Positions 14,339-28,292 of a stretch of DNA of 64,000 nucleotides are shown piece by piece. The first letter of the stretch is position 1, and each line of letters opens with the position of its first letter. A program made the position numbers and the translations under genes. The stretch lies in NCBI RefSeq assembly GCF_000315625.1, contig NW_005434673.1, positions 1,102,302 through 1,166,301 on the forward strand, given 5' to 3'. The DNA is from Guillardia theta CCMP2712 (lineage: Eukaryota; Protista; Cryptophyta). A model generated the notes under the pieces. The model ran no database searches and was not told the DNA's origin. It saw only the letters and a program-made list of their open reading frames with translations.

Positions 14339-15546
14339 TCAGATCTCCAGTGACTCAACGATTACAGCAAGAGCTGAACGGGCCTGTTTCAATGTTTCAG
14401 AAAATGTCTATCGATCCAAAAAGATTAACCTGTTCGATGTCGTTCTTGGCATTCATGAGAAACTGCTCAGTTTTTTTATCGGGTCTTTCACCCTACCATG
14501 ACACGATCAGAAAGCCAATGTAGAAGAGCCTTGACGACCTTCTTGAATTCGTTGTTAGCGGAAAAATCTCCAAAGGATGAGCCATAAGCCATGGCGTCGG
14601 CACTGGCAATCAACCTTGCGAAATTCTCTTCTGCCTGCAGCATCGTTATCTCTCTTTCTATATCTGATTTCAAACCTCGATGTAGGCATCAAGGCGGTCA
14701 GGATTCACAAACTTTCTAAACTTTGCGATGTTCGAAGGAGCTCGGTGAAGCGGGTCTTCCGATGAAGCGAGGCCGAGGAACTGCCTCGGGTGATCCACAG
14801 CTCGCAATAAGCTGATTAAAACTTACGGATCGAATCACTGTTGGATTACGTTTGCACTTGACGATCTGTTTGGTACCGATGAATAGGGTACTTTGAGAAG
14901 GAGATATCAAGGACCATGTATTTGTTGTCTTTGTCGAAGAGCGCATTGGTTTTGGCTGCGTCCAGCAACTCTGCCTTGTTCTTGGAAGAAAGAAGATCTC
15001 TAGAGAGCTGACGAATTTTTCATCACAATGTTGCCTCGTTTCTCTCAGCATATCGAAGTCACCTCTGCATAGTTGCACTGAGTCGTCTCGTCATCCCATC
15101 TACATCGAGTTAGCGGCAAGACAATCAGTTCTCCCCTCACTTGCTGATCAGATATTCCAGTCCCTTCAACCCAACCTGATATGGCATATCACGCTGCTGC
15201 AAGATGGTGCATGCTGAAAGCAGATTAGTTTCACCTTCAATTTCAGCATCTCCTTCTTGTCAGTGACTGAGATCTTTCCCGCTGACTGAGCATATCCTTC
15301 GGAGGGAAAGAGAAACGAAGGGATCATCAAAGGAAGTATGCCCAACGTCTTCACTAACGTTTTCCTCTGCAATAGATCGCAAGATGGATTGAATTCCATT
15401 CTAAGCTTACATGCAACCGAACTTCTCCCACTCTTGTCGCTCTGTGACGGCAGGGAGCAACCAACAAATGCATCGCTCCGTTGGGTCCAGAAGGTGATGA
15501 GCAATACGCATTGAATAACTTCACATGACAGCAATGAAGACCCCAT
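14339..15546 (-). CDS. plastid, probably thylakoid-lumen, protein with multipartite presequence
   Basis: Signal peptide ending SDA|F (Phe at +1), Ser-rich transit peptide, then LQRK + hydrophobic stretch + GYA. C-terminal ADAMAYGSSFGDFS and LKQARSALAVIVESLEI*. Confidence 0.65.
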
Positions 15547-15933
15547 CTGTGCATACGAGGTCAGTTTGTATGATGCTACCCGTGGGATCTGTTATGATCA
15601 TCTCATCTCTTCCTCTATCCTTAGGCTACTTCTCTGGTCTCACTACGTCTCCTTCGTTCCTCTAAACTCGCCATACTCTTGTCCTTGCTTTCTCTGCCGC
15701 TTCTCTTTCTCCTCCTCCTCCTCCTCCACCTCCTCTACTTTCCGATGGTGTCCTCTTGAATCCTTTATAAAGGCCCCATTGAGAATTTAGAGGGGGTTTA
15801 GAGGGGGTTTGTTTACTGACTTTGTGAAGCTAAGGGGGTAGGGGTGGTATCAGGCGATAAAACTGCTCGTACTTGACAAGTGAAGGGAAAGCGAATGGCA
15901 GGGCAGGCATGAACAGGTGTCAGCGAGGATAGT

Positions 15934-15966
15934 CAGACCAGACCAGACCAGACCAGACCAGACCAG
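15934..15966. repeat. (CAGAC)n microsatellite
   Basis: About 6.5 perfect units. Confidence 0.95.
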
Positions 15967-16160
15967 TTGTTGAGAGGCGAAGAATGGTCCTGGTCCGTAG
16001 AATACAGGCAACCATGGCTGATGTTCACCATAAGAACATCACGAGAATTTTCCAAATAAGATATCGATTCGCCAGCAAATGAGACGATCAAGAATTGATT
16101 GCGCGAGAGAAGAGATTATGACGTGAGAAATGCTTTCTCGTCACTTATCATAAGCGCGCG

Positions 16161-19100
16161 ATGCCTCTCAGCTCGTTTCTGCATGTCCTCTCGTTAGTCG
16201 TGCTCTCCATTCAGCTTCAAGTCGCAAATACAGGAACTTGCTCCCCAGATGATCCGTTCACAAACAAAGCACCATGCAATGGTCATGGGGAATGCAACAC
16301 CCAGTATGGCCTTTGTGTGTGTTACTCCGGTTGGTCAGGGTTCAACTGCAGTGAACCAGACCAGCCATGTAACAATGCGGTGGTACACCTGGCAGACAGC
16401 GCTGGCTCCTTCACTGATGGTTATTACGGGATGAATTATGCTCCTTCATTGAACTGCATCTGGTATATCTCTTCGCCAAGAGATTCGCCCGAGAACTATT
16501 TCACTTTCCCGACGGTGTTGTTGTTCTATGAAATTAATCTCGAAGATGGATTTGACTGGGTATTTGTGTACGAAGGGCAGAGCACAAACAAATCAGATCT
16601 CATTGCATCCTTCACCGGACAGTACCCTAGACAAGATAGTTCTGGAAGGATGATACTACCCCAGATTGTTTCTTCCCCCTCTGAGAAAGGTTTGACAGTT
16701 CAGTTTCAGAGCGATTGGGCGTATGGAAGTAAAGGGTTTCGTTGCATGTATACGTCCGTGATCGAAGAGTCTTGGATTCTCAACTTCAAGGCTTCGCTCA
16801 CGGGTCAGAACCTAGCCTACAACAACGTCGCTGAAGGAGCCTGCCTTGACGTCAACTGCGTCAACTACAACAAGTGGATTGATGCGGCAAAGCGGCAGAC
16901 GGGTTCTTCCTTCGATGCCTACAGCACGTGCAGCGTTGAAGCTGCGAGCTCAGTGAGCTGGCCAGGCAAGGACAAGAGCGTTTTTGATCTGACCAATCGA
17001 GACATCGAAAAGTTTTTGTCAACTCATCCAGATTTGGTACACATGCCTCCAGTTTGCCCACCCCAGCATTCTTGGGTCCCTTCGATACAAGGATGTTTCC
17101 CATCCTCCCCTGACTACCAGGGACTCAAGGTTCGCGTCAGTGATGTTGCGGTGCCAAAGTTTGTCGCTGTGAGCTCCATATTTTCCTTACGTCTTCTCCC
17201 TCACTCGTTTGCAGAATTTGTCTGCTCCGCTGCTCGATCCCAACACGTCGTACTTTGAGAACATAACTGCAGCGCAAGCCATCGGGTCTGATTGGCTCAA
17301 CGCAAACATCCAACTTGTCTCGACCAGTCAGACTGAATGTTCTTTGTCCTTCTTTGTGTCAGTTCCTGGCATCTACAAGTGGTCTTTCTGGTTGCTGACC
17401 AAGACAGGAGAAGTTTGTCCTCCAAAGCCGACTGGATACTCGTCGACGGGCAAACCGATCTACCTCTGCGACTCCATTATTGAGATGGTCCCTATGCCCA
17501 ACGATGACCTGCGAGGGCCTGCCTCCTACTCGGTTATTGTGTACGCAGGGGACACTGATCCATCCAAGAGCTTCGCGTACGGGTAAGTTCCCCTGTGGTG
17601 ATTCCTTTATCTTCTGAAGGCACCTGTCTTGATGTCCTCTCGTACTCCTGACACAAGCATGTCTTTGTGCAGCCCTGGCCTTAGCTCCGCCAACCAGGTG
17701 GGAGCCTGCACAGCAGGGAGCAGCACATTTTTCCATATCACCAGCGTCGACAAGTACAACAACCCTCGGTTGTCAGGCGGAGACGATTGGTCTGTAAAAT
17801 TTGACATCTTCCTCCCGGGATACGGCGATGCAGAGACATTCATAAGAAGCTCGCAGGAGGGGGAAAGTTCTGAGCTATTGAGGAGGAGCGTTGAGGTTGG
17901 AGGAGAGGAAGACAACGTGAAGATTAGGGGGAGGGAAGCATGTGCCTCCGGCCTCATCGCAAACCTTGGCAACGGGACTTACCTTGTAAGGTGGCAGACG
18001 ACCTGCTCAGGTCGATATTGGTTGTCAATCACTCTAGGTGAGGAAGGCGTCACCCCCCGCTGAGCTCACGGGCTAAGTAGGAGGGAAGCACATTGGGACA
18101 GCAGCGCAATGGAGTGATATGGTCGCTCGCTACCCCTGCTCTCTTGATTGTCCAGCAAAGGTGGAGGAGGGTCTTGAGAGAGGGCGAGGCTGACATGAAG
18201 GTCACAGGTAAGCAGCCCGTTCAACGTCCTGACCTCCAGTGGAGCTCCCGACGTGAAGTCCGCACAGGTTGTTATCACGTCTTCAGCTGATATCTCAGCA
18301 GCAGAAGAGCTGAACCTGTCATCTTGAGGTGTTCGGAACGGCTCTCCTATACGCTCAAGCTGGATACGCCTCCGTTCTCTTTCTGCGCATGAATGACCTG
18401 TGGGGAAACCCTGTGAGCCAACTAGAAGAAGTTGTGTTTGACATCAGAACGCCTTCGTCCACTTCTCTATTGTCCAACTTAGCAGCCTCGTAAGTTCTCA
18501 ATACTTGTTTGACGTGGAAACAAAACATGACACCTTGTCAGTGGAGAAGACTATTCGCAGAAATATCGGGGCGATCCGTTTGAAGATTTAGCAGACCAAG
18601 TTCAATCGTACAACAAGTCGATCAAGGTGGCTCAAGCTGTTACTTAGATTCTCTCTCTGTCTCACTTTCCTTCGATTCTCTCAACTCGTTTCTATTTGCT
18701 CCGTCTACTTTACATAATTCTTTTCTTTTGCTCCATTTTTCTTCAAACGTAAATCTTGTCCCTCACTCCACCTGCAGGTAACGGCAACCACTCATATCCT
18801 TGGAGGTGAAAAGTTTCCGTCGGATACCATGATCGAATGGATTGCAACAACGAAGGGCTGGCATCAGGTCTCTGTCATGGTCAACCAGAAACTTCCAGTG
18901 AGTCTCACCAACACGCAAGAGAAGAAACACTGACTATATTTGACCTGTTGCTCTCTTCTTTGCCCTAGACTGCCACGGGGATTCTTGCTTCCCTCCTCCA
19001 CGTTCCATCCTCTCCCTTCTCCCTCTACATCCACGCAGCCGAGAGCCATCCTCCGTCGACGTGGGTGGAAGGAGGAGTTTTGCTGGGCCCTCTGCTGGAT

Positions 19101-22100
19101 GGCGAGAAACAGAGTTTTGAGAGCGGCGTCATGATCGCAACCGACGGGAACGCTGGCAGATATTTCAGATTCGTCGATCGCGACAGGTATGGGAACGAGA
19201 GGAGCAAAGGAGGTGAGAAATGGACTTTCAAAGTGACTGGGCTCGATCTCGGATCTTGTCCGCACATTCAAGACAAGATCCTCCACGACATTACCTGCAA
19301 ATGTTCCGACGACACCATTGTCGGCATCTATGACCTCACCCTCGGCACTTGCAACCGAGAAAAATTCCCTGAAATCGCGTGGAACGTGATAGCTTTGAGC
19401 AGAGACATCTGCTGCTTGTACAACATGAACAATGTCTCATGTTTGCCCGCGGACTGCTGTGGACCTCCACGTCAGAAGATGTGCGCTTCGCTAGACAGAT
19501 GCGTCAACAACGCGATGGACTCACCATCGTGTTCCTCATGGACGCTCGTCAACGTGTTGACAAACTTCTTCAGGTTTGCGGGGGCAGGTTGTCCTGTGCT
19601 TGAGAAGCTGGGAAGAGAATATGGCATCATCACACCTGATCTTCCTTGCGGTCTCCCGCAGGAGCATCAGTTGTGGAGCTTTTCAGACGCTCTGCCGGCA
19701 TGGGAGTCGGTGCAGGGATATCGTTCCTCACAGGATCATGCTGTCTTCCAAGACTTCGACAACGGAACTTACATGGCCACTTACTTTCACACTACTTCGG
19801 GGCTGTATCAGATCTCCATCGTCAATGACAATGGCTACCTGATCCATGGCAGCCCGTATGCTCTTTTGTGTGCTGGCGTATGCATGACTCGTGACTGCCG
19901 CAGGTACGATACCATGGTCAAGCCCGGGCCCATACATCCCCCATCAGTTGGGGTGAACGATCGTGGTGTAGCATACACAGACTTGCAGTCCGTCATCGCC
20001 GGTGCGACATCCTCGTTGGACTTGCTGCTTCGAGACATGAACGGCAACTCCCTCTGGTCAACTCAGCAAGGGGCGCAAGAAGACCGGAAACTTCGGATGC
20101 AGAGCCCCAAGATGGATGGATATGAGACCCCTCAGCGCCTCCTCAACCTCACCATTCAGCCCATGGTCGTTGAGTTCTTCGATGCTGTCATCGGCATGTC
20201 CTCCGTCGTCGTCTGGGAGGCCAACTTTTCTCCTCTTGTAGTGCAGGATTACGGCGATGGGCTCGTGCGATCCGACTACATCGTGACTACAGCAGGAGAC
20301 TTTCAGCTTCACATACTCTTCGACGGCGAGGTTATCGCATCCTCTCCTTACCGCCTGCGTGTGAGGCCTGGGCCTGTAAGCATTCCGGACAGCACAGCCT
20401 TTGGTAGCGCTTTGCAGACTTGCGGAGCAGGAACTCTCTGCACGCTGTCGATCGAGGTGCGAGACGCGTGGGGCAACCGGAGGATTCTAGAGGAAGACGA
20501 GGGTCCCTCCTGCCACTTGCAAGGCCTCCTGGCCAACTGTGTTCCCGTTGATTCTGTCAAAACAAGCTTCGGACAAGAACCTTCCTGCTTGGACCCGAGT
20601 ACGGGGATAGCTGGGATCCAAGTCCATGCGACCTCGTCCTGTGCCATGGCCTTTCTTGGGTCCTTCACTGTTATGTTCGTCGACCCTGTCAGCCCTGCAA
20701 ACATGCAGGAGCAGAGCTTTCAAATCGACAAGTCCAACTTGTACTCTGGGAGTTACAATGTGACGAACGCTGGACAACACCTCTTATCCATCGTGTACAA
20801 GAAGCCTGACGGCACCTGGACCCATATCAGACACTCGCCTTTCAGCGTCACCATCGTAGGAGGAGTTGCCGTACCCAACATGTACTTGATATCTGTTATT
20901 ATTTTATCTCCCTCCCTCCTCCATGGCTCTTTCCTGATCCTAGCTCGTCCGCTTGCTCACGCTTCGCTTGTATCAGGTGCTCCTGCCAAGGCCAAACAAG
21001 CGAGCTTCATGCGGGACTCCCTGGCACTCTTATCCTCACCAGCAGGGATGCCTGGGGCAATGCGAGGATTCAAGGAGGCGACCACGTATCAGGCTGGATC
21101 CAAGGACCTCTCACTACCCGCGCTACAGCAGCGGAAGGACCGTTGGGGAAAGGCTACCCTGTATCTGTGGTTGACCGTCACAACGGTACATATCATGTCG
21201 AGTACTTCTTGACGGTGACTGGGAAATACTCGTTCTCGCTATCTATCAACGGCTATGACGTGAACAACAGCCCCTTCGAGTTGTTTGTGGTGCAAGGCTT
21301 CCAGTTCTTGAGCTTCTCTCGACCAGTCGGTCTTCAGTTACTAAGCAGCGCCAACATCAATCAGAACAGCAGCACTCTCGACCTCACGTCTCCGTCCAAT
21401 AACAGCATCGGAGCTGTTTGGTACTCAATCCCCCAGCGCGTGGCACAGGGCTTTGTGATGGACTTTCGCTTTCTTCTCCACAGTTTCTCTTCCGTCTGTA
21501 ACTCGTGGAACTACGGAACAAACAGCAACGAGTACTGCACGTTGAGGCGAGGCGAGGGCTTCGCTTTCATGCTGGTTGGAGGGGGCGATGGCATGCCTGC
21601 GTATGGCGATGGAGGAGCTCAGCTGGGGTATGGAGGTCTCCGCAAGTCATTGGCGATCGAGTTCGACGTGACCGTCAACCCCCAGCTGGGAGACGCTGGA
21701 CAAAATCACATCTCGATTCACAGCCGAGGAAGCGAGCCCAACTCAGCAGCTCACACTTTCTCCATCGCACAGACTCCGCAGCTCCCGATCCTCTTCGATG
21801 GCAACGAGCATCACGTGAGGATACGGTACGATCACTCCATACCAAGCTCTTACCTCAAGGACCCATGCTTCAAGGTGTCGCAGTACGGAGCACGCTTCCT
21901 CTCCTCTAGTCCTCGACGAGACTTGGGGTCGCTGACAGTGTGGATCGACGATTTTGACCGGCCGGTCCTTGTGACTGCGCTGAACCTCATGTCCTTCCTT
22001 GCGTACCCTCCTCAAGGCACAGCTTGGGTTGGCTTCACGGCGTCCACCGGATCAGAGTTCATGGTTGCCAGCATCAGAGAATGGAACCTGCAGGTCGGGG

Positions 22101-22201
22101 CTTGCATGGACGACTGCAATGACAACGGATTCTGTCTCGATGGCTTCTGCATATGCGACGAGGGTTTTCGCGGTTCGTCTTGCAGAGATGTGAACGTATG
22201 A
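16161..22201 (+). CDS. large secreted EGF-CUB-filamin(Ig)-legume-lectin-EGF protein, multi-exon
   Basis: Signal peptide; CNGHGEC..CVCYSGWSGFNC (EGF); NYAPSLNCIWYI..FDWV..VQFQSD (CUB); several DxxNGTY...GSPY/F filamin repeats; GEGFAF..SLAIEFD..WVGFTASTG (L-lectin); terminal EGF. Confidence 0.88.
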
Positions 22202-22240
22202 AGGAATCGGGAACTCGTTTGACCTGCCATTGAATACCCC

Positions 22241-22420
22241 TCAGTGAACTCGCCTACCAGGCGAGTTCGATTTTGACTGAGAAGAGCAGTAGCGCAAGGT
22301 TTACCCCGGTCATCAGGGTGTATCAAGAGTACCCTTATGATCACTTAACTCTGATGAGTAAAATTCATCAGCCCGATCAGACTGACCCGGGCCTTTGCCC
22401 GTTGTAACGGACAAATTCAC
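22241..22420. other. cluster of five consecutive stem-loops
   Basis: gaactcgcct-acc-aggcgagttc; ggtcatcagggt...acccttatgatc; ctgatga-gtaaaat-tcatcag; gcccgatcag-a-ctgacccgggc; tttgcccgtt-gt-aacggacaaa. Confidence 0.7.
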
Positions 22421-22814
22421 CAATGTAACTACCGTAACTGTCTGTCCCTTCATGCTGACAGCAAACAGAGAGGGAAGGAACAAGTCAGAGACAGATGAGA
22501 TATTAGATACAGATGATAGACAGATGATAGACAGATCAGAGAAAGATGATAGACAGATTAGAGATGGAAGGTGGAGAGAAATATGAGAAGTTTTAGGAAC
22601 CAAGTAGAATATGACATAGTTGAAAGCATGGTCCAAATAAATCTGAGAGAACAACGACGGACGTTGAATTACAGTTCATGAAATTTCGATATGTTGCTAT
22701 TGAAATTTAGTTTCTAATGTGATCAAATATCATGTCACGAGGAAGGTTATGGAATGACAAGAATATGTGAAGGCGAAGGCGCTGGCTTGAACTGACTTGA
22801 AGCACAGGCTTGCA

Positions 22815-24845
22815 ATGTCAGGAATAGCTGATCTGAGCATTCCTCTCATCAAGAAGGAGAAGATGAGGAGAAATGTTCTTCTGGTCTCCATTCTGACAAT
22901 GGCTGTGATTGGGCTTCTTTTGATGTCCTCGCACGTAAACAAGAATGCTTTGCTGGGATTCAATCAACCTTTCGACTCCGACGTGCCCGTACAATGGGAC
23001 TCAAGTGCATCAAGTGATCTGCAAGGAATCAGCAGATACTTCAGCTCTCCTGGTTCTCATTTGAGGAACAGAGCACCGACTGCACACCCATCACTCAAGG
23101 CTCGAACTACCATCCTTGCCGACGTGCCAGCGCACGAGTGGTCTAAGCATCATTATCGTGATGTTGCTGCTTCCAAGATGGACCAGCAGACTGTGAACGG
23201 GATCTGGTACGACAAGGATGAAGCATGGAAGGGCATTGATGAGGTGCTCCCTACCGATACTCCGTACTCCTATCAACTCGCGCACGTCGGCAAGGGCGAG
23301 GAGTCGAAGATGGAGGCCTTTCTTTCGCATGCATACAAGCAACTGAGCAGTCTCAAGAAAGCTCTTCGTCAAGTCAAGGGCGAGAAGTCAGCGGATGACA
23401 AAGAGCTTGAAGGAATCCTCTCTCAAGGAGAGTCTGCGCTGAAGAAAATTGAAAAACACGTCTGGGCTGACACAGCAAATGCAGAGTACAGGAAGCAAGT
23501 GAATGACAAGATGCACATGAGGGCAACATCGAAGACGATGCTGAGATCCATGAATCTACCACAAAACCATGCATCCTCAAAGCATTATGAATCCGCTGAA
23601 AAGGCAGCAAACGATTTGAACAAATACTTTGACAAGTTGGACAAGAAGACAGAAATGGAAAACAAACAAAACGCCCGGCGAGCCGATGAGGACAACTCCA
23701 TGTCGCTTGGCGACATCAAAAATAATCCTGGACAAATTCTGCATGCTGCTCAAAGGCGCCAGTTCGATCTTTCCGAAGTCCGACCATTGGCCGAAGTGTT
23801 TGTGAAGATTATGGCGAGAGCGATCAAGGCCGACAAGGCTCAAAGCCTTGAGATCAAACCCCCGTCAGAGGAGAGAACACAGAGCTGCCAGCTCTGCGTC
23901 AAGATCATGGGATGCGAGGACTGCTGTGAGATCATATGCCTGGGAGTCGACGATGAAAACAAGAAAGAAGAACCGAGCTCTACAAAGGCGCCATCTCCTT
24001 CTATCCTGAGGTCGGTGGTGAACAAGTTGGCTCGCGTCCCCTGCGAGTGTCAAAGTGCGGAGTGCAAGGAGTGTCCGCAGCACGATCAAATCCGCAAGCC
24101 ATGGTCTTCCCTTACTGCCTCCGACAGGTCTAGCTCTCTCTCTGTGATGTCCATTCTCTGACCCTGTAACAGGGAGCTGTCCGAAGTCGTAGAGAAGAAC
24201 GAAGAGATCAAGAAAGCGTCAGAGGCGGTGGCGAGATCGAATGCGATTCTTCGTGAGCGTGTCGCTGCCCTCGAGGCGACCAACCAGATGGCCATCCGTC
24301 AGGCACTTTGAATCGATGGAGCGATTGACCTTCTAACATCTTGCCTCTCAGGGTCTTGGAGCCTATGTGCCTGAGGAGTCGGACGACGCGTGGGTTGCGC
24401 GGGAGCCGTTCCCTGGAAAGAGCGAGCAAGTCGCCTCAGGGTTCTCCGATGGCGTTCAGGTTGCAAATCATGGCCGTTGAAAGGGCCTCACTTACTCTGG
24501 TGCAGGACTTGCAGAAGCAACTGTTGGGTGCGCGCAGAAAAATCCAGAGGCTGAGGCAGGAGCTGAAGAATTCCGACGCCGCTGCCTATCATGGCGCTGA
24601 GGTTGATTTATGAGGTGCTGGTGTAGCGGTTTACATCCACTCAGGTCGCAGCTGAGATGAGGTACAAGCTCGACCAGGCCACAAAAGCTGCTTCGTCGCT
24701 CCTCCGTTCCAAGGTTCGCGTCATCCAGCTTTTCCTTCTCTCTCAATCTTTGACCTCTTTCGCAGGATCAGACAGATGAGAGTGCGCTTCCCTTCTATGA
24801 GCAGCGGGCGTATGGGGGCAAACAGACAGAAGCTGATGTCAGGAG
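22815..24845 (+). CDS. hypothetical type-II membrane-anchored coiled-coil protein
   Basis: About 450-aa first exon with an N-terminal TM (VLLVSILTMAVIGLLLM), Cys clusters, and further short coiled-coil exons. 3' end approximate. Confidence 0.65.
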
Positions 24846-24949
24846 GTACGAGCGAGATGTGCGAAGGGGAACAGCTTTGCCGTACGGTGAGACTGTCGGG
24901 AGACTCTACTAGATAGAGGAGCTGGCGGCTCTAGTTGTACTTTAAACAC

Positions 24950-26500
24950 TTCCTTCTTCCCTTTCACGTGCGTTTCTGCTGCTTCTGAGCCTCCAGCGCC
25001 TGCTTCATGATGCGATCGTACATGACGATCGACCCCTGGGCCAACATGAGTGCCGCACAAGGAGAAAGCGATACCAACCGCTACCGCGACGTTGAAGGAA
25101 GCATATCTGCATGAAGTCAGCCGGAAACTTGTGAGGGCGGAGTACGAACCGGATGGATGGCAGAGCAACGTGAGAGTGACAGGAGCGGATCACAGACTCC
25201 GGCAGCCCTGTGCTTCAATCAAGCCCGAGACACTCTCCATTCTCGACCTCTCACCATTATCTTCGCTCCCTAAGATGTAGATCGCCCGCTTCCTGTCGCT
25301 CCAAATCAACATGTCCACATAGCTCAGCCTCAACAAGTCCGAAAGTTCATGAGTATTACGGATGTTCAAAGGTTTCGAGAGGTTCTCCTCCCATCTGATT
25401 GACAGTGAGACGAGCAACCTCACGCATCTTTCTCTACCTCCACCGCCACCCACTTGGCACCGTACGCACTGCAGGCCACAAAGGAATTCCAGTCTATGCA
25501 AGGTAAGCGAGCGACGGTAAGACACCAACGTACCTGGATACTCGACCATGGGGATCTTTGTGAAAGACTTGACTACGTCTGTGCGATGGCTTGAAAATCT
25601 ATCTCCTGAAGCTCAGCTCAGTCCCTGACCCGCTTCAGTTCCATTTCTTGACCTATCAAGAACATGCTGGCGGCTCCGAGCTGATAGCCTGCAAGCGTTC
25701 AGAAGGATCAAAACCCTCATCATCTACATGATCGCCAGAGTGTCCCCAGGTTGTCCACATTTTTCATGCCCATCACCCCGCACATAAAGTATCCGTCTTC
25801 CTGTTCTTTGACAAGAGACTCTGCATACGGTTGACGAAAAATCTGGAGGGAGCTAATCAGTTGCATCCTGCTGCTCCTGCCCCTGTCCTCTAATCACCTG
25901 AATGTCAATCCTCCTCGGGGGGCTTGAAAGCGCGTCAAAGGTAACATCCTTCCTCAAGGTTGTCCATCCTAATTGCTCGGTGTCGTACACGCGCACATCC
26001 AACTGATCCACTTCCACGCCATCAGTTCGCAACAGCTCAAGGATCGAATCGCCAGTGACTCGCCCTCCTGTAGCTTTCAAGTCCACCTGAATGTGCAGGA
26101 GCTTTCCATCTCTGGGAGCATTTTCACCTTTTTCATTGTCTGAACATTATTACCTTGTCAATTTGCCGCCTTCGTAAAAATATCGAATCCACACAGTCTT
26201 GAAATTTTCGTCGTCAACAGGGAAAAATGGCTGGAGAGGAAATCCTTTTGTCCCTCCAAAGCAATCCTCGTTTACCATCCTCTGACATGTCATTGTCCGA
26301 CCCAACCGAGGGGGGATAGGCTTGCTGCTATGAAACCTTGAGATCAAAGATGCGTAGAAAACATTCAAAGGAAGACGCATGCTTTTTCGTGCAGCTTGAG
26401 AGATGCTCGTATGCGATACAAACGCTGGATGGGCGATGCTCCTCTTCATCAGCACAGCAGATGACGACATGATTGCGTTGGCCCAATCTAGAGCATACAA
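24950..26500 (-). CDS. hypothetical multi-exon protein, possibly plastid-targeted
   Basis: Exon-like ORFs 26150-26500, 25853-26086 and 25190-25549 separated by short GT-AG introns. HPA|F motif followed by a Ser/Arg-rich segment. No domain recognised. Confidence 0.45.
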
Positions 26501-26611
26501 AAGCTCATCACGATACTGATAATCACATGCTGCTATTTAGACATGATGCGTTCTTTATTTGTATCCTTCTCTCCTTGAATCATTCCCTCCTTGTATCCTG
26601 CACTCCTCATA

Positions 26612-26775
26612 TCGCTCTCTTGCTCTCTTGCTCTCTTGCTCTCTCGCCCTCCCACCCTCTCGCCCTCTCGCCCTCTCGCCCTCTCGCCCTCTCGCCCTCT
26701 CGCCCTCCCACCCTCTCGCCCTCCCACCCTCTCGCCCTCTCGCCCTCTCGCCCTCTCGCCCTCTCGCCCTCTCGC
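26612..26775. repeat. (CTCTCGCC)n 8-mer tandem repeat
   Basis: Directly visible; it accounts for the overlapping low-complexity ORFs. Confidence 0.95.
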
Positions 26776-27304
26776 TCGTTCCCTCCTGCGCTCCGAAGTA
26801 TATTTGGTCGCATTGTGCACGTTTTTTACTCAAGTCTACAGGATGGGGTGGGGGTGGTGGAACTATTCGGGTGGTATCCCCTCAAAGGGATGGTAGGGGG
26901 TTGTATTAAGTCTTTTTGTCTAGGGGGTGGTGCTCACCGGTGGCGGATGCGCATGTAAAGTGAAGAACTGCGATAGGGCAAGAGGAGGAGGAGGAGGAGG
27001 AGGAGGAGAAGGAGGAGGAGAGAAGGAGAGGACCTGAGAGTGTCCTGATGAAAAAAAGAGGAGGATCAGGAGGAGAATGAGACAGATGAAGAGGGAGGAT
27101 TGAAAAGAACAAGTGAATCATCGAGGGAAGAAGTTGCAAATGAGAACAAACCTCGAAACATGACAGTCGGCTAGGTCAGCGGGGAATGAATAGGTCTCGT
27201 CGGAGTTTTCAATCAGTTTAATGTCATTCTTTACTCAGGTTCATTCATGAGGGTTCGCTACCTGAAAACGTACTGATACAAGGAAGATAATAACGAATGT
27301 TGCC

Positions 27305-28242
27305 ATGAACAAACAACGAAGAATTGCGATTGCATACGACAGAAGTGAAGAATCAGACCAGGTGTTTCCCGTGAACTCATTTCAATCCATCAATCCTCCA
27401 GCCCTCCTTCTCCTTCTCCTTCTCCTTCTCCTTCTCCTTCTCCTTCTCCTTCTCCTTCTCCTTCGTCTTCTTCTGTCCGACGGTCTGCTACTTTAGGCGC
27501 TTTTGTGGTGTATCAAGAAGTTCGCGACCCGCGATGACTTGCTGGTGTTGATTCACATCATCAAACTGAGCGAAGTGGACGACGAGGTTCAAGACGCATC
27601 AGCGAATGCATCGGATGCATGCATGCCATGGAAGGTAGAGCAAGGTCCTCGCTTGCAACGTATGACGCGTGGGGCGCAGGATCTTCATCGAGGGCATGAA
27701 GCTGCAGGCAGGTGAAGTGAGCGCTTTCTATTCAGCTGCCATGCTCACGTGTGTCTTGACAGATCGCCGAACAGTGATGAAGGAATGTGCGTAGACATGG
27801 CGAGGTGATGTTGCTTGTAGGATCACAACTGAGAGGAACTCCCTGGCGGAGGTTCGAGGCAGCCATACGCATGTGTGAGCAGCATGAAGTGTCCTTCACG
27901 GTATGAGGCGGAGACAAAAACAGACTCTAAAGCCATCCAGGCGGTTCTGGCCCGAGGAGATGTGGGGCCAACGCTCGTTGAGACTATCAATGCACAAGAC
28001 TGCGACGTTGCTGGTCCACCCTCTCAATCTTTATGTGCCTGATGAACTCTCTGAACTTCATTGTTTTGAGCCTTATCAAACGTATGTAACTTGTTAAGAG
28101 GCAGTTATTGGAGCAAGAAATCTCAATACGCTACAGCGAGCACTTCTCCCTCAAACAACCAAATTTGTGCTGCAGGTGCGCACATGGATGGTCGTACACG
28201 TTGATCTGCCACATTATAATATTACAACTCCCTCGCTGCAGT

Positions 28243-28292
<50 letters not shown>

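Noticed and set aside
15785-15812. Telomere-like tttagaggggg duplication
   Set aside because: Only about two units, internal, and part of the G-tract intergenic blocks.
22351-22371. Hammerhead ribozyme or SECIS element (CTGATGA)
   Set aside because: CTGATGA pairs with its own reverse complement and no GAAA core follows. The upstream TGA at 22199-22201 behaves as a normal stop after a complete EGF domain.
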